In this document: piece after piece, positions 17,601-28,199 of the stretch
Layout: the number at the start of each line of letters is the position of its first letter
Position numbering within the stretch: position 1 is the stretch's first letter
Assembly (NCBI GenBank): GCA_963790305.1
Contig: CAWBOC010000007.1
Span: forward strand, 128,001-192,000
Length of the DNA: 64,000 nucleotides
Direction: 5' to 3'
DNA from: an uncultured Gemmatimonadaceae bacterium
GTDB lineage: Bacteria > Gemmatimonadota > Gemmatimonadetes > Gemmatimonadales > Gemmatimonadaceae
Made by a program: the position numbers and the translations under genes
Notes under the pieces: generated by a model
Databases searched by the model: none
What the model saw: the letters and a program-made list of their open reading frames with translations, nothing else
Told to the model about the DNA's origin: nothing

Positions 17601-20324
17601 TTACGGCCGCCGTAGCATCTTCTCCAACAGCTCCTGAGCCCGGGGATCGTCGCTCTCGCCGAGGCGCCGCAACGCCCGGATCCGCACCTCCCGATTGGGG
17701 TGCGAGCGCGCCGCCTCCATGAGCGCCGGGATGCCGGCGCCGTTGTCCAGCTCCTCCAACGACTGCAACACCTCATTGTAGACATCTTCCCCCACATCGC
17801 CGGCGAGGATCTCGGTCAGCAGCTTCACCGCGGCATTGGCGGGGGCGTTCTCGGCATACGTCTCGATCGCCTCGCGCTGCACGTCGGGATGCGCGTGACG
17901 CCGCGCGATGGCCGCAACCCGCTCGAGGCTACGCGCGTCGCCCATTTCGCCAAGCGTCTCGACCGCTTCCCGCGCCGCGTCCGGGTCGTCGCCGTCGCGC
18001 GTCAACTCGTCGAGGATGCCGATGACGCTGTCAGTCCCGCCACTTTCGCCCAGCGTTTCGATCGCTTCACGCCGCACGTCTCGGTCAGGGTGCGTCCTCG
18101 CAAACCTGGTGAGCACGGCCACCGCGCCCTCCGTCTTCACCTCACCGAGCGCCTCCACTGCCGCACGCTGCACATCGCTCTCCGCGTCGTTCGTCGCGAT
18201 CGCTTCGAGCAGAGTGACCGCCTCCGCGGCGGGGAGATGCTCGCCGAGCGATTCCACTGCCTCGCGCCGGATGTCGGGATGACCGTGCGTGCGCGCGAGG
18301 TCTCGGACCGCGGGGAGACCGCGGCCGTTCGGCATTTCCCCGAGCGCTTCTACCGCCTCCCGCTGTACGTCGACGTTCCGGTCATCCCGCGCGATCGCGA
18401 GGAGCGCGGCCAGCGCCCGATCGTTGTCTTTCTGTCCCAATCCCTCGACCGCCTCGCGCCGCACCTCCACGTCGTTCGCCGTGCGCGCGATCGCGATTGC
18501 CGAGTCGGTCGACGCGGGTGCGGCGCTGTCGCCAAGCGCCTCCGCAGCTTCGCGCCGCACCTCCCTCTCCGCGTCGCTCCGCGCCGCCCGACTCAGCGCA
18601 TTCACCGCCTCCGCGGTGGGATGGAACCCGAGCCACTCGGCCGCCTGCGCGCGAAAGTCGGCGCGCTCGCGGCCGGTGAGCCAGCCTATCAGAATCGGGA
18701 CTGCGAGATCGCTCGAGCCGTGAATGGCCACGGCCCCGACCATGTCTTCGCGGAGACGGGGGTCCTGCGTGGCGGAGAGCAGTCCCGCGGCGAGCGGGAC
18801 GCTCTCCGCGTCCGCGGCGTCCCCCAGCCAGAACAGGGTGCGATTGGCGAGGTCGACGGGGAGATGGAAGCTGGCGATGTGCACACGCACGAGACGCGAG
18901 CCGTCAAACCCGAATAGCATCGAGATGTCGTCGGAATCGCGGGTGCCGAGCAGCGGGGCCAGCCGCGAGCCGCGGAACTTTAGTCCCTCGAAGTCGCCGA
19001 ACATGCGGCCGCTGAGCGTGACGTTCCGACCGGTCACGCCGATCTCGCGATCGATGTAGACCGAATGCTCGAGCCAGGCCGGCCGCGGGATCCGATAGCC
19101 GATCCAGTACATCCGGCGGTCGAGCCGGCGCGCCTGCGCGTGGGCCCACTCCCAGCGCTGCGTGAGCGGCCGGCTGGGATCGGGGTGCTGGATGACGGTG
19201 TCGACCGCGGTCTGCGTCGTATCCGCGCGCTGTCCTTCCACGAGCGTGATCGGGGAGTTCAGTGAGGGTGCGGACGCGGCGGCGCGCGCGCCCCCCGCGC
19301 CGAGCAGCGCAACCGTGACGGCGATGACGCCGGCGATCCAGGGCGCGGAGATCTCCCGCCGAGTCGAGCCGGGGAGCACGAGCCGCTGCACGCAATGCAG
19401 GAGCGAGCCTCCGCTGGCCGCGAGCGCAAGGTTCGGCGGCTCGCTACGCAGCCGCTCCATGCCGACCAGCGCCGTCGCGTAGACATGCGCATCGCCCGCG
19501 ATCCGCACGACGAGATCGTCGCAGCAGTGCTCGCGCTCTTCGCGGATTCGCCGCGACACCCACCAGACGGCGGGATGGTAGAACAGGAGCGTCTCGACGA
19601 CCGACTGCGCCACGTTCACGAGATAGTCGTAGCGGCGCACGTGGGCCAGCTCGTGCGCGATCAGCAGCTCGAGCTGTTGCGGCGAGAGTCCGGTCAGTGC
19701 GCTTGCCGGCACGAGAATCACGGGACGCAGCCAGCCGACGACGGCGGGCACCTGGATCAGGGCGGACTCGAGCAGCGCGACTGGCCGGCGCACACGCAGC
19801 CGGGCCGTTAGGCGCTCGAGCATCGCGACGAGCGCGGCGGGCGCCGGCGTCGTGCCGTGCGTGCGCAGCGTGCGCGCCGCGGTCCACCCGCGCGCCAATC
19901 GGATCGAGAAGACGACGACGCCGACGACCCAGACGAGCACCAGCCACGGAAGCGCCGGATCGAGCAGCCTCCGAATCCCGGACAGGCGGGTTGCGATCGT
20001 CGCCACCCGAGTCACGGGGGCTGGGGCGGTCGTGACGGCAGCGGCATTGTCGGCCCCACTCTCATCGTCGCGCGTGGTGACGGGCGCTACGCCGGCGTCG
20101 GCCGCCGCGATCGCGACGGCCGGAGGCTGCGCCCGCTGCAAGCGCGCGGCGGTGACGATGGGCAGGACCAGCATCGCGGCGAGCGTCGCGAGGGAGAGCG
20201 CATACCGGGTTCGTGCGGCGGTTTGCCGGGTGACCGCGAGCGCGGCGGCAAGGAGGACGGCCAGCGCCGCGCCTTGCCACAGGAAGTGCACCAGCGCCCA
20301 GCCGAGGGCCTGTGTTGCGTTCAT
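17601..20324 (-). CDS. BlaR1-like M56 metallopeptidase fused to HEAT repeats
   Basis: LGWALVHFLWQG, HELAH, EREHCCD; about ten D-V-R-R-E-A-V-E-A-L-G-type repeats; ATGA-coupled to BlaI. Confidence 0.9.
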   Translation of the reverse strand: MNATQALGWALVHFLWQGAALAVLLAAALAVTRQTAARTRYALSLATLAAMLVLPIVTAARLQRAQPPAVAIAAADAGVAPVTTRDDESGADNAAAVTTAPAPVTRVATIATRLSGIRRLLDPALPWLVLVWVVGVVVFSIRLARGWTAARTLRTHGTTPAPAALVAMLERLTARLRVRRPVALLESALIQVPAVVGWLRPVILVPASALTGLSPQQLELLIAHELAHVRRYDYLVNVAQSVVETLLFYHPAVWWVSRRIREEREHCCDDLVVRIAGDAHVYATALVGMERLRSEPPNLALAASGGSLLHCVQRLVLPGSTRREISAPWIAGVIAVTVALLGAGGARAAASAPSLNSPITLVEGQRADTTQTAVDTVIQHPDPSRPLTQRWEWAHAQARRLDRRMYWIGYRIPRPAWLEHSVYIDREIGVTGRNVTLSGRMFGDFEGLKFRGSRLAPLLGTRDSDDISMLFGFDGSRLVRVHIASFHLPVDLANRTLFWLGDAADAESVPLAAGLLSATQDPRLREDMVGAVAIHGSSDLAVPILIGWLTGRERADFRAQAAEWLGFHPTAEAVNALSRAARSDAEREVRREAAEALGDSAAPASTDSAIAIARTANDVEVRREAVEGLGQKDNDRALAALLAIARDDRNVDVQREAVEALGEMPNGRGLPAVRDLARTHGHPDIRREAVESLGEHLPAAEAVTLLEAIATNDAESDVQRAAVEALGEVKTEGAVAVLTRFARTHPDRDVRREAIETLGESGGTDSVIGILDELTRDGDDPDAAREAVETLGEMGDARSLERVAAIARRHAHPDVQREAIETYAENAPANAAVKLLTEILAGDVGEDVYNEVLQSLEELDNGAGIPALMEAARSHPNREVRIRALRRLGESDDPRAQELLEKMLRRP

Positions 20325-20707
20325 CGCTTGTCTCCCTTGCGTTGATCGAGCAGTCGTCGGATCTGCTCGAGCTCGTCGCGGCTCGCGGGCGTGGTGGAGA
20401 GCGCCTGGAGGACCAGCGCCATGGACGATCCGCCGAAAGCACGGTCTACGAGATCCGACACGAGCTGTTCCTGGGTCATCGCTTCCGAGACGGCGGCCCG
20501 GTAGACGTGGGTGCGCGCGCGCTCGTCGCGCGTGACCAGGCCTTTGTCGGTCATGATCTGGAGCAGTTTGAGCACGGTGGTGTAGCCGACCGGCTCGCGC
20601 AGCGCTGCGTGCACGTCGCGCACGGTGCTGGGCCCGCGTCGCCACAGGATGCTGAGGATGGCGAGCTCGGCCTTGGTGGGACGCGGCGGCGCTTTGCGCT
20701 TGGGCAT
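20321..20707 (-). CDS. BlaI/MecI/CopY family repressor
   Basis: PTKAELAILSILW, GYTTVLKLLQIM, AFGGS. Confidence 0.92.
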   Translation of the reverse strand: MPKRKAPPRPTKAELAILSILWRRGPSTVRDVHAALREPVGYTTVLKLLQIMTDKGLVTRDERARTHVYRAAVSEAMTQEQLVSDLVDRAFGGSSMALVLQALSTTPASRDELEQIRRLLDQRKGDKR

Positions 20708-20714
20708 GGATGAG

Positions 20715-20767
20715 ACGTTATACGAAGGTCTTCGTGGTGTCAATACGAACGCCTTCGTAATACGAAC
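20715..20767 (-). promoter_or_regulatory. sigma70 promoter overlapped by TACGAA-N4-TTCGTA operators
   Basis: TTGACA (20743-20738)-17-TAACGT (20720-20715); palindromes at 20721-20736 and 20744-20759, half site at 20761. Confidence 0.8.
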
Positions 20768-20776
20768 GCTCTGAAT

Positions 20777-21484
20777 TCAGACGGGCGGAGGGCCCGGCAG
20801 ACCGCCCCGGGCCCCAGCGACCGCTGCGACCGCGTCGCAGAGCGCACGCGCGACCTGCCACCGAGACTCGACCTTCAACCGGGCGAAGATCTGCTCGGCG
20901 TGATTGCGGGCGGTGAATCGGCTGATGCCGAGCCGCCCAGCGATCTCCGGATTCGAGCGCCCCTCGGCAATCAGGAGCGCGACCTCCGCCTGTCGCAGGG
21001 TCAGTCCGCAGGCGCTCATGACCTGCTGAGGAGTGAGCAGCGAGGCGTCCGGCTCCGCGGCCGGGACCGGCGCGGCCGGCGCTGGCTGGACCGACGCCGC
21101 GGCCCGCTCCCGAACGACGCGCCGCCCCATCGCGTCCACCCGCGCCATCAGCTCCAGCGTGCGAAACGGCTTCGTGACGTAGTCGTCCGCTCCGAGGCGG
21201 AACCCCTCGACCTTGTCCGAGTCGGAGTCGCGCGCGGACAGAATGAGGACGGGGCACCAGTGCCCCTCGGCACGCAGACGTGACAGGAGCGCGAGCCCGT
21301 CGAGTCCCGGGATGCCGAGGTCGAGCACGACGATGTCGGGCGGATCGGCGCGCACCATCGCGAGCGCCTGTCGCCCGTCACTCGCGACGCTCGCCTGGTA
21401 TCCCTCGCTGCGGAGGTTCGCCCGGAGCGCGTCGGCGAGGTCGTCGTGGTCCTCGACGATCAGGATGCGCAGACTCAGGCTCAC
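20777..21484 (-). CDS. Response regulator (receiver + LuxR-type HTH); start uncertain (21484 or 21574)
   Basis: ILIVED, LDLGIP, GADDYVTKPF; LTLRQAEVA...GRSNPEIA. Confidence 0.88.
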   Translation of the reverse strand: MSLSLRILIVEDHDDLADALRANLRSEGYQASVASDGRQALAMVRADPPDIVVLDLGIPGLDGLALLSRLRAEGHWCPVLILSARDSDSDKVEGFRLGADDYVTKPFRTLELMARVDAMGRRVVRERAAASVQPAPAAPVPAAEPDASLLTPQQVMSACGLTLRQAEVALLIAEGRSNPEIAGRLGISRFTARNHAEQIFARLKVESRWQVARALCDAVAAVAGARGGLPGPPPV

Positions 21485-21582
21485 GTCGTGGACGGCGTTC
21501 GGGATGCTGGACAGGGCGGCGGCTGCGGCACGCGACGCAATCTGGCCGAGCCGCTCGACGCGGGCATAGGTCACTGACCCAT

Positions 21583-21781
21583 CGAGTGGAGAGCGGGAGT
21601 GCGAGAGTGGGGAGTACGGACCTTGCCTCTCCACTCGCCACTCTCCATTGGGTACGTGACCCATAGGATACTCGCCCGTGCCGGTGCACCTTGAAGGGCG
21701 AGTGGGGCGTGGGAGTGGGAGTGCGGAGTCGACTACTACCTTCCACTGTCCACTCGTCTGCGCCTCCACTCTCAGCCCACT
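21583..21781. repeat. Two degenerate GGRGAGT/ACTCYCC heptamer inverted elements
   Basis: gagtggagagcgggagtgcgagagtggggagt...ctctccactcgccactctcca and gagtggggcgtgggagtgggagtgcggagt...ccactgtccactc. Confidence 0.7.
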
Positions 21782-21813
21782 GCGACAGCTACACTCGCGA
21801 GTCCGCCACTCGT

Positions 21814-23607
21814 ATGCGCCGCGGCAGGGAGACGGTCGCCTGGCTCGCCATCGGCGGAACGCTGGCGGCGATGTTCCTCACGGCGCATCAGGTGCGTCAG
21901 GGCTGGGCGCAGCGGCGCCTCGCCGCGGAGCGCGCCGTACGCGACCACCTGACGACCGCCGCGGTGCTCATCGGCACCGAGGCGGCGAAGATGAGTGCGC
22001 TCGAGCTGCGGGCGCTCCTCTGGCCGGCGCTCGGCACGAACGGATCGGCGAACCCGCGCCCGCTCACGCTCGACGGGTTCGCCCGCGCCGGCGCGGGACA
22101 GTTCGCCGCCATGAGCGACGATCGCGGCGCCGCGCTGCCCGGCTACTTCCGCCTCGCGCGGCGCGGCCGCGGAGAGTGGACGGCCGAGCTGCGCGGCGCG
22201 CTCGCCACCGACTCCGTGTACGCGCGCGCGGTGCTCGACGAGGTCCGTCGCTGGACCGATCGCGTCGACGTCGACAGGCCCGGAGCTGGCATCGCCATCA
22301 TCCACCCGAACGTGCGGGGTGTGCCCTTCGTCGTCGGCATGGCGCCGGAGCGCGGGGCCGACGGGCGCGCCGTCGCCCTGTTCGGCGTCGCGTACGCGCG
22401 CACCGTGGCGCTCCGCACGCACGTCGGGCACGTGCTTCACGGGGTGTCGCTGCTGCCGGCGCCCGCGCGCGAACGGAGCGACAGCACGACGAGCGATGGC
22501 GCTAAGAGCGACGGCACCAAGGTGGACAACGCGGCCCTCGCCGTGCGTCTGCGGTACGCGACAGGGTTGCGAGACGCGGTCTCCCCCGCCGCGGCGGACG
22601 ACGCGGTCTGGCACTCCGGGTTCGTCGCCACGCGCGCCATCGAGGGCCGGGACGGAGGGTTCACGGTGGAGGTGGCCGTGCCGGAGCAGCGTCGGCCGGC
22701 GCTACGTGGAGGCCGCAACGCCGTTAGCGCAGCGAGCGGCTGATGCTCGGCGGCGTGCTGCTCCTCGGCCTCGGGTTCGCCGCGGCCGCGGCGCTCGGGC
22801 TGCGGCGACAGTACAAGCTCGCCGAGGCGCGCAGGACGTTCGTTGCCGCCGTGTCGCACGAGCTCCGCACGCCGCTCGCTCACGTGAACGCGCTGAGCGA
22901 GACGCTGCTGCTCGGGCGCGCGGAGTCGCCGGAGCAGGCGCAGCGCTGGCTCCGCGCGATCCACCGCGAGGGCCGGCGCCTCAGCGTGCTCACGGAGAAC
23001 GTCCTGCTGCACGCGCGCGGCGAGCGACGCGGCATCCGCGCGGCCCCACAGTGGACGGACGTCGGCGCGGTCGTCCACGACGCGGTCAGCCTCGTCGAGG
23101 CGCAGGCGCAGGCACGCTCGGCACGCATCGTCATCGCGCGGCACGGCGGTGGACGGCACGGTGGGCGGCGCCGGCGGCTGGGTCGACGCGGCCGCCGTGC
23201 GACAGATCGTCATCAACTTCATCGAGAACGCACTGAAGTTCGGCCCCGACGGCCAGACGGTGACGGTCACGCTCGACCTCGAGCGCCCGGCGTCCGGCGG
23301 CGCGGGGGGCCTGCTGCGTCTGAGCGTCGACGACGAAGGGCCAGGGGTCCCGCCCGCCGATCGCGACCGGATCTGGCAGCCGTTCGTGCGGCTCGCGGAG
23401 GGGGGAAGCGCGCCAGCAGGCACGGGCCTGGGCCTGAGCGTCGTGCGGCAGCTGGTCGCGGAGCTCGGCGGACGCTGGTCGGTGTGCGACGCGCCGGGGC
23501 GCGGCGCCCGATTCCGCGTCGAGCTGCCGCTCGCCGCGCCCGCGCCCCCGCCCCGTGTCGCGGAGCGCGTGGCGGAGCCTGCGACGTCGTCGCCAGCGCA
23601 GCGATAG
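21814..23607 (+). CDS. Sensor histidine kinase, frameshifted near 22700-22745 and 23145
   Basis: H-box VSHELRTPL, N-box NFIENALKF, DDEGPG and GTGLGL distributed over three consecutive ORFs. Confidence 0.85.
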
Positions 23608-23688
23608 AGCGTTTGCGCTCGACCGCGCGCTGAGCGCTCGGGGATGATGGGTCACTGCACCATGCCCGCGGTACCGCACGGGCGTAGG

Positions 23689-24196
23689 ATGTGGCTCCCT
23701 CAACCCTGGTGCGTGCCATGCCGCAGTCCCGCCATCTTCCTCGCGCTCCTCACGTTAGTCACGTACGGCTCCGCCGAGGCGCAGGGCCGCAGCCGCGTCC
23801 GACACGCCGCTGCACCTGCCGGCGAGCCGCTTCGAGTTCGTCGCGTCGGGCGACGCGCAACCGCCCGCGAAGCCGCTCCGCGTGCATAACGGCGGCACCG
23901 CGCGGTTCACCGACGTGCGGCTGACGCGGCTCGCGTACGCGGACTCGGCGCGCGGCGCCGCGTGGCTCGTCGCGCTGCCGCGTCAGTCCGCCGTCGCGCC
24001 TGACGAGCTCGCGACGGTCGGCACGCTCTGCGTCGACGCGGCCGGGCTGCCGGCGGGGACCTACCGCGCGACGGCCGCCGTCGCCGCGCGCGAGGTCCCG
24101 GAGCCGGTCGCGATCACGATCACACTCGTCGTGACGGACGCCGGCGCTCGCGCGCGCCACGCGGCCGCACGCTGCGGAACGGCCGTCACGAAGTAG
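23689..24196 (+). CDS. Secreted hypothetical protein (Ig/BACON-like), frameshifted
   Basis: Signal-like segment ending AEAQ in one frame; GLPAGTYRATAAV...ITITLVV in another. Confidence 0.45.
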
Positions 24197-24351
24197 CCTG
24201 AGCACTGGTGACGGGAGGATCGGTGATGAATCGGACGCGTGCGCCGCCTCGGGAAGCCGAGGTCCATCGAGCACCTCTACACCACCGACGCCGGTCGGTA
24301 TCGAGAACGACTTAGCGCACTGCGATCAACCACATGACACGGAGACTGATT

Positions 24352-25020
24352 ATGTCGAAGGTATCTCGTTCGAGCCTCATGGTCCTCTGCGCCGCGCTGG
24401 CGGCGTGCGCCGACAGCGACACGAATCGCACGGTGACTGCCCCGGACGTGCGGACCAGCGTTCAGCGAAGCGCTGGCTGACTCTCAGCGTCGGATACACC
24501 GTGGACGGACCGTTCGAGCTCGCCTTCGGAACCGAGGCCGCATCTACGCAGATGGCCGCTGCTGCGCAGGCCGCGACCGGTGGTCGCGCATCCGGTCACG
24601 TCGGGCTCAACCTCCCCGCCTCCCCTGGGGTCGTGAGCGAGAAGTACTCCTTCGTGGCGCTGAGCGCGGACCCTTCCACGCCATTCGCGGCGAAGGGGCA
24701 GTACGAGATGGAGCTGACGACCGCGACGGGAAGAACGAACAAGAGTCCACGGCGACGTGATCTGCATGGGCATCACCGGTAACACGGCGAGGATCGGCGG
24801 GCAGATCACGAAGCTTTGGGTCAACAACGTTCAGGTTCCGATCGCTGGTCCCACGCACAACATCTGGGTCGTGGTGGACAACGGTGAGGGCCAGGGGACG
24901 CCGGATCAGGTGTCGCTGATGCAGTACACGATCGCGCCGGGCGCGCAGACCCATTGCGCCACGGGCTTACCGTCTGTCGTGTTCTCCAACCAGGAAGGCG
25001 ACGTTCAGGTCAATCCCTGA
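24352..25020 (+). CDS. Hypothetical lipoprotein, frameshifted near 24470 and 24750
   Basis: GGAGA RBS; MSKVSRSSLMVLCAALAAC lipobox; continues KYSFVAL...VVDNGEG in other frames. Confidence 0.6.
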
Positions 25021-25050
25021 GTGGCGAGTGGGGAGTGGGGAGTGGGGAGA
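25019..25050. repeat. Single-arm GGGGAGT heptamer array directly at a stop codon
   Basis: gagtggcgagtggggagtggggagtggggaga. Confidence 0.85.
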
Positions 25051-25068
25051 CTCACACCGGCCAGGCGC

Positions 25069-28032
25069 TTACCCGCTCCCTGCTCGCAGCCGCGCGATCC
25101 GCCGGCGCACCTCCGCGACCCGCGGCTGCAGCTCTGGATCGGCGTCCTTCCACAGCGCGGCGAAGCGCTCGTAGCGCTCGAGCGCCTTCGCCGTGTTCCC
25201 CTTCGCCTCGTACAGCGCGCCGAGCTTCTCGAGCGCAATGGGTAGATAAATGTCGTCCGCCTCAGTGAGGCGGTAGTCGTACCGCTCCGCGAGAAAGCGC
25301 TCGAAGCTGTCGATCGCCGCGTCGGTGTGCCCCGCGGCGGCGTGGATGAAGCCGCGGTTGAAGTTCGCCCCGACGCCCGTGACCAGGGGCCCGCCATCCA
25401 CGTCTCGCGACGCGACCTCCGTCTCGCGCAGCGCGTCCTCCCAGCGCCGCTCGGCGGCGGCGACCCGCGCAAGCGCGGCCGCGCGTGCCGGGCCATCCTG
25501 CCGGCGGAGGCCAGCATCCGTCACCTCGGCGTCGTAGCGCGCGAGCCACCGCTTCGCTTCGGACACGTCCCCGGCCAGGGCGTACAGCCGCGCGAGCCGC
25601 AGGTACGGGCGGTCATCGAGTGACAGTCGTTCGACCGGCCACGACCGGAGCGCGGCTGCGAGCCGCCGCACGACACGCGTCGAGTCCTGCCGAACCCACA
25701 GGTCCTCAGTGGCCAGGTCGAGTGCGTGGAGGAGCGGTGCGCGCTCGTCGCCGGTGCGCGGCCGCACCGTGAGATCTTCCGTGGGGTTGCGTTGGTCGCG
25801 AGCGACGCGCTGGGCCGCCGCCAACCGACCGTGGAGGAGGTCGAGCGCGCGTAGGGAGCGCCGCCCGGTGAGAGCGATCTGGGGACGCGGGGACGACGCG
25901 GCCTCGCGCGCGAGCATCTCTGCGGAGTCGGTCCGCCCGCGCATGTACGCGGCCTGGATGCGGAGGGATGGGAGGAACGGGTAGTCGCCCATGCCCTTCG
26001 CGCGCATCGCCGTCAGCACCGAGTCCACGGCCAACCAGCGCTGCTGGTGCGCGAGGTTGCGGGCGAGCAAGGAGTTCACCATCGCCGCCCCCGGCTCCGC
26101 CGCGACCGCACGCCGGTACGCCGACTCGGCGCGTGTGAGATCTCCGCGACTCCGGTGCAGGTTGCCCAACTGCATCCAGAGGGCCGAGGACGGACTCATC
26201 GCCAGCAGCGACTCGACCGCCGCCTGCGACCGCGCGCGGTCGTAGCCGGGGCTCGCCGGAGCGCCGTGATACGCGGCGACGATCTCGAGCCGCTCGCGCT
26301 CGGGCACGCGGTCGCGGAGCGCGTAGGCGCGCGCGACCACGGCGGGCCCCCGCCGCGACTGGACGCCGGCGTAGGCGTACGTCTTCCACAGTCGCACGTA
26401 CGCGCCTGCGAAGTTGCTGTCGAGCGCGATCGCCCGCTCGAGGTGCGCGGCGGCCGTCGTCCAGTCGCCTCGTTCGAAGGGTCCGTAGCTCGCCGTGTAC
26501 TCGCGCAACGCGTCGAGTGACCCCGTCGTCATGCGGCTGAGCGGCTTTCCGGCGCGCACTGACTTTAGCGACTCACCCATCTTTCCGCGCAGCGCACGCG
26601 TGGCTCGGTCGATGGCCGGGATCAGATCGTCCGGCCCCTTTGCAGTCGCCTGCGCCGTCGCCAACTCGTCCTGCTTCGCCACATCCACCAGGCGCACGGT
26701 GAGGAAGTAAGCTCCGCCGAGCGTGGCGACATCTCCCATCACGACTGCCGCGACCCCCTCGCGCTGCGCGATCTCGCGCGCGACTTCACCGTCGACGCGT
26801 CCGCCGGCGGGACGGCGCATCCGCTGGAGCACGTCACTGACCGTGCCGGCGGAGAGCACGCGCACGGCTTTCGAGTCGCTGAGCCCCGCCCGCACCGCCT
26901 CGGCCACGACGCGGCCGAGCGCGGAGTCGGCACCCGGGACGGTGAAGTCTGCGACGAGGAGCTTCGCGCGCTCGTCGAGCTGTCCCGCGGCGACGAGCGA
27001 CGCCGCCGGGCCAACGCCGAGCTGACGCAGCACCGTGACGCCGACGACGACGGCGACGACGACGGCGAACACGACGAGCGTGTTCCGGAGCGTCCGCGAG
27101 CGAGGGAGCAGACGCGGGGGCCCCTCTTCCAACGCTGGCGCATGGCGCGAAGTCCGCGCGGCGATAGCGCCAGTCGCAATGCTCCCCGCGCCGTCGCCAG
27201 CGGACGGCGTCGCCGGGGGAGCGCTCACAGTCGGCGCCGGAGGGACCGCGTGTCGCATCCTCGCCGCCTCCCCACGTCGCACGCGCTCCGCCAGCGCGAC
27301 GGTCTCGCCCGACGGCTCCTCGTCCAGCTCGGCGGCCAACCGGCGCGCAACTTCCTCGTACGCGCGGACTGCGCCGAGCCGGTCGCCGGCGTCGTCGAGT
27401 AACGTCATCAGCCGGCGGAGCGCCGACTCGGTGCCGGGCTCGAGCTGCAGCACGGTGCGCAGCCGCTGCACGGCGAGCGCGTTGTGCCCCGCGCGCTCGG
27501 CCTCATCGGCCATGGAGGTCGCCGCGCGCACCGCCCGCGCCCGCAGGCGCGATCGCTCGCCCTCGAGCCACTGGTCGAACTCGGGGGCGACGCCAGCGGC
27601 GTGGAAGCCCTCCAGTAAGTGACCACGGTAGAGGTCGAGCGCTTCTTCGGGTCGGCCGACGTCGAGCGCACGGTCGAACTCACGCACGTCGCACCAGATG
27701 GCCGCGAAGTCCAGACCGACCTCATCGCCGCCGCGGATCGCCAGCAGGTCGCGGCCGAGCGTCTGTCGCAGGAAATGCAGCGCCTGGCGGAGCGACCGGC
27801 GCGCGTCCTCCTCGGTCGACTCCGGCCAGAAAAGCGCGAGTAGCGAGTCGCGACGATGGAGGCGCGGCGGGTTCGCGCAGATCAGGTAGGTGAAGAGCGC
27901 CAGCCGCTTGGGCTGCACGAGCAGCGCGCGCAGCTCATCGCCTCGCGCGTTGTGCAGGTCGAGCGACCCCAGAGCGCGGAAACGGATCACCGACCCGGCG
28001 ACAGGCGGAGCGAGCGGGGTGTTATCTGACAA
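25069..28032 (-). CDS. SARP/BTAD-domain transcriptional regulator with TM, TolB-like and TPR regions
   Basis: QPKRLAL, LFWPE, SLRQAL, ALDLYRG, FDQWLEGER; TTGSLDALREY; TPR-like helices. Confidence 0.88.
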   Translation of the reverse strand: MSDNTPLAPPVAGSVIRFRALGSLDLHNARGDELRALLVQPKRLALFTYLICANPPRLHRRDSLLALFWPESTEEDARRSLRQALHFLRQTLGRDLLAIRGGDEVGLDFAAIWCDVREFDRALDVGRPEEALDLYRGHLLEGFHAAGVAPEFDQWLEGERSRLRARAVRAATSMADEAERAGHNALAVQRLRTVLQLEPGTESALRRLMTLLDDAGDRLGAVRAYEEVARRLAAELDEEPSGETVALAERVRRGEAARMRHAVPPAPTVSAPPATPSAGDGAGSIATGAIAARTSRHAPALEEGPPRLLPRSRTLRNTLVVFAVVVAVVVGVTVLRQLGVGPAASLVAAGQLDERAKLLVADFTVPGADSALGRVVAEAVRAGLSDSKAVRVLSAGTVSDVLQRMRRPAGGRVDGEVAREIAQREGVAAVVMGDVATLGGAYFLTVRLVDVAKQDELATAQATAKGPDDLIPAIDRATRALRGKMGESLKSVRAGKPLSRMTTGSLDALREYTASYGPFERGDWTTAAAHLERAIALDSNFAGAYVRLWKTYAYAGVQSRRGPAVVARAYALRDRVPERERLEIVAAYHGAPASPGYDRARSQAAVESLLAMSPSSALWMQLGNLHRSRGDLTRAESAYRRAVAAEPGAAMVNSLLARNLAHQQRWLAVDSVLTAMRAKGMGDYPFLPSLRIQAAYMRGRTDSAEMLAREAASSPRPQIALTGRRSLRALDLLHGRLAAAQRVARDQRNPTEDLTVRPRTGDERAPLLHALDLATEDLWVRQDSTRVVRRLAAALRSWPVERLSLDDRPYLRLARLYALAGDVSEAKRWLARYDAEVTDAGLRRQDGPARAAALARVAAAERRWEDALRETEVASRDVDGGPLVTGVGANFNRGFIHAAAGHTDAAIDSFERFLAERYDYRLTEADDIYLPIALEKLGALYEAKGNTAKALERYERFAALWKDADPELQPRVAEVRRRIARLRAGSG

Positions 28033-28199
28033 TTAACGCTCCCTTGGCGCGGAGCTAACGCGGCGCGGCAGTTTCTCGCGGTGACTGGGACGTGTGGATG
28101 AAAAACGGAAGAATGGCAGACGATAGTGCCCGCGGGATGCCGAGGCAATCGCGCAGTCGGAGCGGGCTGGGCAGCTTCGTACCGAACAGGAGGTGGTCT

